A stretch of DNA of 64,000 nt from Anaerohalosphaeraceae bacterium (GTDB lineage: Bacteria; Planctomycetota; Phycisphaerae; Sedimentisphaerales; Anaerohalosphaeraceae), in NCBI GenBank assembly GCA_963675525.2, contig CAXXSL010000016.1:64001-128000 (forward strand). Direction: 5' to 3'. Both the position numbers and the translations under genes were made by a program. Below, piece by piece: positions 59,643 to 64,000 of the stretch (within the stretch, counting starts at the first letter, position 1; the number at the start of each line of letters is the position of its first letter). The notes beneath the pieces are model-generated. The model was not told the DNA's origin and did not search any database. It was given only the letters and a program-made list of their open reading frames with translations.

Positions 59643-60333
59643 TCTACTAAAGCAATGGGCCAGACTCGGAGCTACATTCAATGTTCAGCCTGCCGGTAAA
59701 ACGCCGGACATTGAAAAACTTCTGATTGATACCGTGACAGAGTTGCCACAGATACCCAGATTGCTGCCGGTCTGTGTCACATGGCTGACACAGTATAGCC
59801 GTCTGGTTTGCAGGCATCGACTGACCGGGCTCGTCTCCAATCTTTCAGACACTGATGTGTCTGCAACGATGGGGTTACTATTAAGTATTGTTAAAGTTTT
59901 TTCAGGAACAGACCATTTCAATCTCGTCATCAAGCAATGCAAACCATTAAAAACACCAAAGCCTCTTTTCGCTGTGGATCGCATGTCTGATAAGCTTTCA
60001 GAGCTGTCACGGAACAACAGTTCATCGACCGGCCGCAAGTGGGGCCTGTGGTGTGAGCCTGTCGATTTAAAAGAAGATGCCGTTCGTCCCCTGACATGGG
60101 TTATGCTCCAAAACCCCTCGCTCAAACAGCGGGCAATTTTCAACGGAAATCTGCGTGCCTCAATTCTGGAAACTCTCGCCTGCGATAAACAAGCCGGTCG
60201 GAGCGAATCACTATTAGCAAGACACTGTCATGCCACCCGCAAAGCCATCCGTGAAGCGCTGGACCACCTTGAATTCTGCCAGCTTGTTTTTCGCCGCAAT
60301 GTAGCTGGTAAAATCTTGATTTCACTTTGCTAA
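59629..60333 (+). CDS. Hypothetical protein with C-terminal winged HTH, putative antitoxin/regulator
   Basis: Overlaps the upstream gene; GGAG RBS; SESLLARHCHATRKAIREALDHLEFCQLV. Confidence 0.7.
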   Translation: MATDNLLKQWARLGATFNVQPAGKTPDIEKLLIDTVTELPQIPRLLPVCVTWLTQYSRLVCRHRLTGLVSNLSDTDVSATMGLLLSIVKVFSGTDHFNLVIKQCKPLKTPKPLFAVDRMSDKLSELSRNNSSSTGRKWGLWCEPVDLKEDAVRPLTWVMLQNPSLKQRAIFNGNLRASILETLACDKQAGRSESLLARHCHATRKAIREALDHLEFCQLVFRRNVAGKILISLC

Positions 60334-60361
60334 TTGTGGCATATTCGACAACTGGAAACCA

Positions 60362-61714
60362 TCAGTCTAACTTTTGATTTTTATTTAACACGCTTTTGCT
60401 GCGGAGGATGTGGTGGTAGTGCTGGGCGAAGCGGTGGGCTTCGTCTCGGACATATTGAATCAGTTTCAGCACCGGTGAATGAGCGGACAGTTTCAACGGC
60501 TTAGTCTTTCCGTGAATGTAAATCATCTCTTCTCTTTTTGCGATCGACACCAGCTTCGGCACCAGTGCATTCATCTCGCAAAACGCCTCCTCGACGGCAT
60601 GCAACTGTCCGATGCCGCCATCGATCAATACCAAATCCGGCCATAATTCCTCGCCTGCCATCGCTCGCTTATACCGCCGGGTGACAATTTCCTTTAAAGC
60701 GGCGTAATCATCCACACCCTTAACCGTCTTAATCTTAAACCGCCGGTAGCCATCCTTAAACGGCCGCCCGTCAATAAACTGTACCATCGAGCCAACCGTT
60801 TCCTGTCCCGCCAGATGCGCGATATCAAACCCCTCAATAATCCGCACCGGCTGTTCGGCCCCCAGAGCCGTCTGCAATTTCTCCAGCGCCTCCGTCGGGT
60901 CACCCGCAAACACCTCCGGCTGCACATTGCCCTCAACCGTACCGCGCCGGTCGAGATTTTCGATCAGCCGAATCCGATCGCGGTACATCGCCGCCACTTC
61001 AAAATCCTTCGCCTCCGATGACACCGCCATCTTCTTCTTCAAATCCCGCAGCACCGTTGACCGCTTCGACTGCAAAAACTTCACCAGGTCCTTAATCTGC
61101 ATCTTATAGTCAGCCTTCGACACTCGATCCGCACACGGCGCCGAACACTGCTTAATATTGTGCAAAATGCACGGCCGGAAAAACCGCCGCTTGTCGTCCT
61201 GTGTATGAATCTCCAGCTTGCACGTACGAAACCGGAAAATCTTCTGCAGCACATTCATCACCGCCCGCAGTTCCTTGACATTCGTAAACGGCCCGAACAG
61301 CTTGCTCCGGCTGTCCTGTGGATTCCGCGTCACATACACCCCCGGAAATTCCTGCCGGGTCGTCACCTCCAGATACGGAAACGTCTTGGCATCCTTTAAA
61401 TCCGAATTGTACGGCGGATGAATATCCTTGATCAGCCGCGCCTCCTGCAAAATCGCATCCACTTCGCTTTCGGTTTCGATATACTCCACCGTTGCGGTCT
61501 TGCTAATCATCTCCACGATCCAAGGCCCGCGGCTTTGCCCCAAATTCACCCCCGGCTGAAAATAACTTCCGGCACGGCTCCGCAGATTTTTCGCCTTGCC
61601 GATATACAGTACCTTGTCGGCGGCATCCTTCATGAAATACAGACCCGGCCCCGTTGGAAACGTACGAATCGTTTCCCGAATTTCTTCCAGCGCTTTTTTT
61701 GCTGTTTTAGCCAT
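60362..61714 (-). CDS. uvrC: Excinuclease ABC subunit C, short form without HhH domain
   Basis: GLY-YIGKAKNLRSR, UVR motif FEVAAMYRD, EGFDIAHL, LIDGG, RDEAHRFA. Confidence 0.95.
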   Translation of the reverse strand: MAKTAKKALEEIRETIRTFPTGPGLYFMKDAADKVLYIGKAKNLRSRAGSYFQPGVNLGQSRGPWIVEMISKTATVEYIETESEVDAILQEARLIKDIHPPYNSDLKDAKTFPYLEVTTRQEFPGVYVTRNPQDSRSKLFGPFTNVKELRAVMNVLQKIFRFRTCKLEIHTQDDKRRFFRPCILHNIKQCSAPCADRVSKADYKMQIKDLVKFLQSKRSTVLRDLKKKMAVSSEAKDFEVAAMYRDRIRLIENLDRRGTVEGNVQPEVFAGDPTEALEKLQTALGAEQPVRIIEGFDIAHLAGQETVGSMVQFIDGRPFKDGYRRFKIKTVKGVDDYAALKEIVTRRYKRAMAGEELWPDLVLIDGGIGQLHAVEEAFCEMNALVPKLVSIAKREEMIYIHGKTKPLKLSAHSPVLKLIQYVRDEAHRFAQHYHHILRSKSVLNKNQKLD

Positions 61715-61771
61715 GCTTATTATCTTACCAGATATGCATAGAAAAAATGAATGAAAAAAAACGAAGAACGG

Positions 61772-63625
61772 TCAGGCCGTCGGCAGGGAAACGTAGAATT
61801 TGCTTCCCTGGTTAACGTCAGATTCGAGCCATATTTCTCCGTTCTGCCCCTCAAGAATACGGCTGACGATGGCAAGCCCCAGCCCGTCTCCGCTCACGTT
61901 AACCGATGCATCAGATTTGACTCGATGAAACACCTCGAAAACCCTGCTCTGATGCTCGGACGGAACACCGATTCCGTTATCTGCAACACAATAGATGCTT
62001 CGATCTTCGGCTATCGTGGCGGAAATATGGATCCTGCCCGGCCGCTTCGGCGAAAGATATTTCAGGGCATTCGTAATGAGATTACTGAACACCTGGTTTG
62101 TTTTGGGACCATCGCCAAAACAGTCCGGCAGCACATCCACGGAAATTTCCGCCCTGCATTCCCTGGCCTGAAACGAATGATTCTCGATAACATTCTTGAT
62201 CATTTCGTTCATATCGATCCGTTCGATACGGAACGGACTCGTTCCGGCCCTCGAGACCTGCAGCAGACCGTCAATCAGCATTTGTGTTTTCTTAACACCC
62301 GCATGAATATATGTCAGCGATTCCGAAATCGATGTCTCAAAAAGAGAACCAACCGCAGACATCGTTTCATCACTAAGCTCTTTTGCATAAAGCGACCGAA
62401 GCTTATCGCAGCCTTCCTGGAGCTCGTTGCAGAATCCGGAAATTGTGACAAGCGGAGACTTAAGATCATGCGAAGCAATATAAACAACGTTCTGGAGTTC
62501 GGCGTTTTTCGCTTTCAATTGTTTGGTCAGTTTGGCAAGCTCCTGCGTTCTCAGGCCGACTAGCCGCTGTACCGCTTCTGTTTTTTTCTGAGCAGAGCGG
62601 TAATAAAGAATGGCCGATAACGTCAAAAACAGGCCGATGGCGAGTGCCGTCCAGGATGCGAAGGTCATATAGGAATAAAGCATCCCTTCTCCCGGGGCAC
62701 AGATTACCGACCATTTTCTCATTCCGGGCTCAATGGTCGATTCAGTATGTAACCGGCCGTTTGTAAAAGCTTCCGCCATGCCGGACGGTTCGGATTCACA
62801 TGGCGGATAACAACAAAGATACTGTTTGTCTGCCGAAGCAGACTTATCCAGCAGGCAAATGTGGATATCCTGAACATCCGTAAAACGCAGGGCACGTTCA
62901 ACTAAGACATTGGTGTGAAAGGCCGCCGCTACAAATCCTTCCAGATTCTCCCGCCGCTGCTGCACGGTACCGGCAGGCATACCCTTTTTATATAACGGTA
63001 TGAAAACAATCACGCTGTTGATTTTCCGGTCATCCTGAACCAATTGGACGCGCTCCGTTACGATAGCCGCATTCCGGTCGCGCGCATCACCAATCGCCCG
63101 ATACCTGACAGGATCTGAACCATTATCAAAACCCAGAGCAGCATGCTTTTCCATAGGCGGGGACACGTAGTAAACCGGGAAATATTCCTCTCGTTTTCGG
63201 GCCGGAACCCAATCGCCCTGCTCATTCATCTCCTTAATGAAAAAACCCTTCATCCCTGCGGCCTCAGCCTGTGCCTCAAATTGCCGGCGCTGATCATCTT
63301 TCACGCAGGGAATCCATGCAATGCTGTAAAACCCTTCAAAATCCGAAAAAGACGAGACAAACGATTCAAACTCCTCCGGTTCCACTAACTGTGAGCTTTC
63401 AAAGAAACAGCGAACAGATTCAAGAATACCGAACTTGTAGTGAATCAATCGCTCCAGAGCCGACACACGGTTTTGTGCAATTTGACGGAACGCGTGATCA
63501 AAAGCGGCTTTTTCTCGCAGCCGAATCGTAAAAAAGAGAAGTGAAGATACCCCCACACCGATGATAATAATGACAACATACGGCAATAAACCCAAAAACG
63601 ATGTTTTGGAAATTCCTTTTTTCAC
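61772..63625 (-). CDS. CHASE-domain sensor histidine kinase
   Basis: 2 TM; YFPVYYV..ALGFD CHASE motif; ASHDLKSPL; DNGIG; GLGLAI. Confidence 0.92.
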   Translation of the reverse strand: MKKGISKTSFLGLLPYVVIIIIGVGVSSLLFFTIRLREKAAFDHAFRQIAQNRVSALERLIHYKFGILESVRCFFESSQLVEPEEFESFVSSFSDFEGFYSIAWIPCVKDDQRRQFEAQAEAAGMKGFFIKEMNEQGDWVPARKREEYFPVYYVSPPMEKHAALGFDNGSDPVRYRAIGDARDRNAAIVTERVQLVQDDRKINSVIVFIPLYKKGMPAGTVQQRRENLEGFVAAAFHTNVLVERALRFTDVQDIHICLLDKSASADKQYLCCYPPCESEPSGMAEAFTNGRLHTESTIEPGMRKWSVICAPGEGMLYSYMTFASWTALAIGLFLTLSAILYYRSAQKKTEAVQRLVGLRTQELAKLTKQLKAKNAELQNVVYIASHDLKSPLVTISGFCNELQEGCDKLRSLYAKELSDETMSAVGSLFETSISESLTYIHAGVKKTQMLIDGLLQVSRAGTSPFRIERIDMNEMIKNVIENHSFQARECRAEISVDVLPDCFGDGPKTNQVFSNLITNALKYLSPKRPGRIHISATIAEDRSIYCVADNGIGVPSEHQSRVFEVFHRVKSDASVNVSGDGLGLAIVSRILEGQNGEIWLESDVNQGSKFYVSLPTA

Positions 63626-63789
63626 ATAATTATCTCACTTTTTCATTTCGTTTTCCCTATTTTACGGACTCATAGAGGATTTGGCAACTCTTTTTAGCAC
63701 GCAATTTATTGGCGTAGAGACCTAAAAAAGCGATTATTTGAAGGCGATTTGCAGTGGAAAAACACATCCTGAACGATTATAGTCCTGAA

Positions 63790-64000
63790 ATGGATTTAAC
63801 GCAAAAAAGTACGATTCTGGTGACGTGCAGTCCCGGGCTGGCCGACTATCTTCGTGCCGAGATCGAGGCACTGGGCTATAAGGTAACGGCAACGGGCAAT
63901 GTCGATGTGGAATTGCAGGGAAATATGCAGGATGCCATGCGGCTGAATCTGTATCTGCGAACGGCGTACAATGTGCTGTATCTGCTGCGGTCATTTCCGT
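63790..64000 (+). CDS. THUMP-domain RNA methyltransferase (RlmL-like), truncated by the window end
   Basis: MDLTQKSTILVTCSPGL..LRAEIEALG...AMRLNLYLRTAYNVL. Confidence 0.8.
   Translation, partial: MDLTQKSTILVTCSPGLADYLRAEIEALGYKVTATGNVDVELQGNMQDAMRLNLYLRTAYNVLYLLRSFP

Noticed and set aside
60362..60443. UvrC truncated (HhH lost) by the cassette insertion
   Set aside because: The displaced duplicate tail stops at essentially the same point, so the short form predates the insertion.

Overview
Bacterial chromosomal window, most consistent with an anaerobic planctomycete of class Phycisphaerae. This is inferred from the stand-alone spirochete/planctomycete-type EF-G, the short UvrC lacking its HhH domain, and mreBCD facing a truncated dcw cluster; no rRNA is present to confirm it. 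In order, the window holds: a Tat-exported [NiFe] hydrogenase operon; a collapsed tyrosine-integrase remnant; a complete Pho locus (phoBR, porin, pstSCAB, phoU) with three 11-bp-periodic PHO-box arrays; IS3 debris; a frameshifted TMTC-like TPR membrane protein; two clpP genes; a probable leader-peptide attenuator; yciH and fusA; a repeat-rich spacer; an AT-rich divergent PIN-domain/DNA methyltransferase pair; lnt; an extended mreBCD-pbp2 operon converging on mraZ-rsmH-LysM-ftsL-ftsI; an ArsR-led MMPL/LolA-like/beta-barrel plus Cus-type efflux cluster; a MacAB-TolC-type exporter; ribD; a nucleotidyltransferase/wHTH cassette flanked by a duplicated uvrC 3' end; uvrC; a CHASE histidine kinase; and a partial THUMP methyltransferase. 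The best candidates for undescribed systems are (1) the PIN/MTase pair sharing a C-terminal domain, (2) the uvrC-embedded toxin-antitoxin-like cassette, and (3) the EP-stop leader-peptide attenuator. Frameshifts cluster in 9.7-16.0 kb and are probably sequencing errors. No CRISPR array, intact tRNA or rRNA was seen. All family calls come from motif recognition by eye, not database searches.
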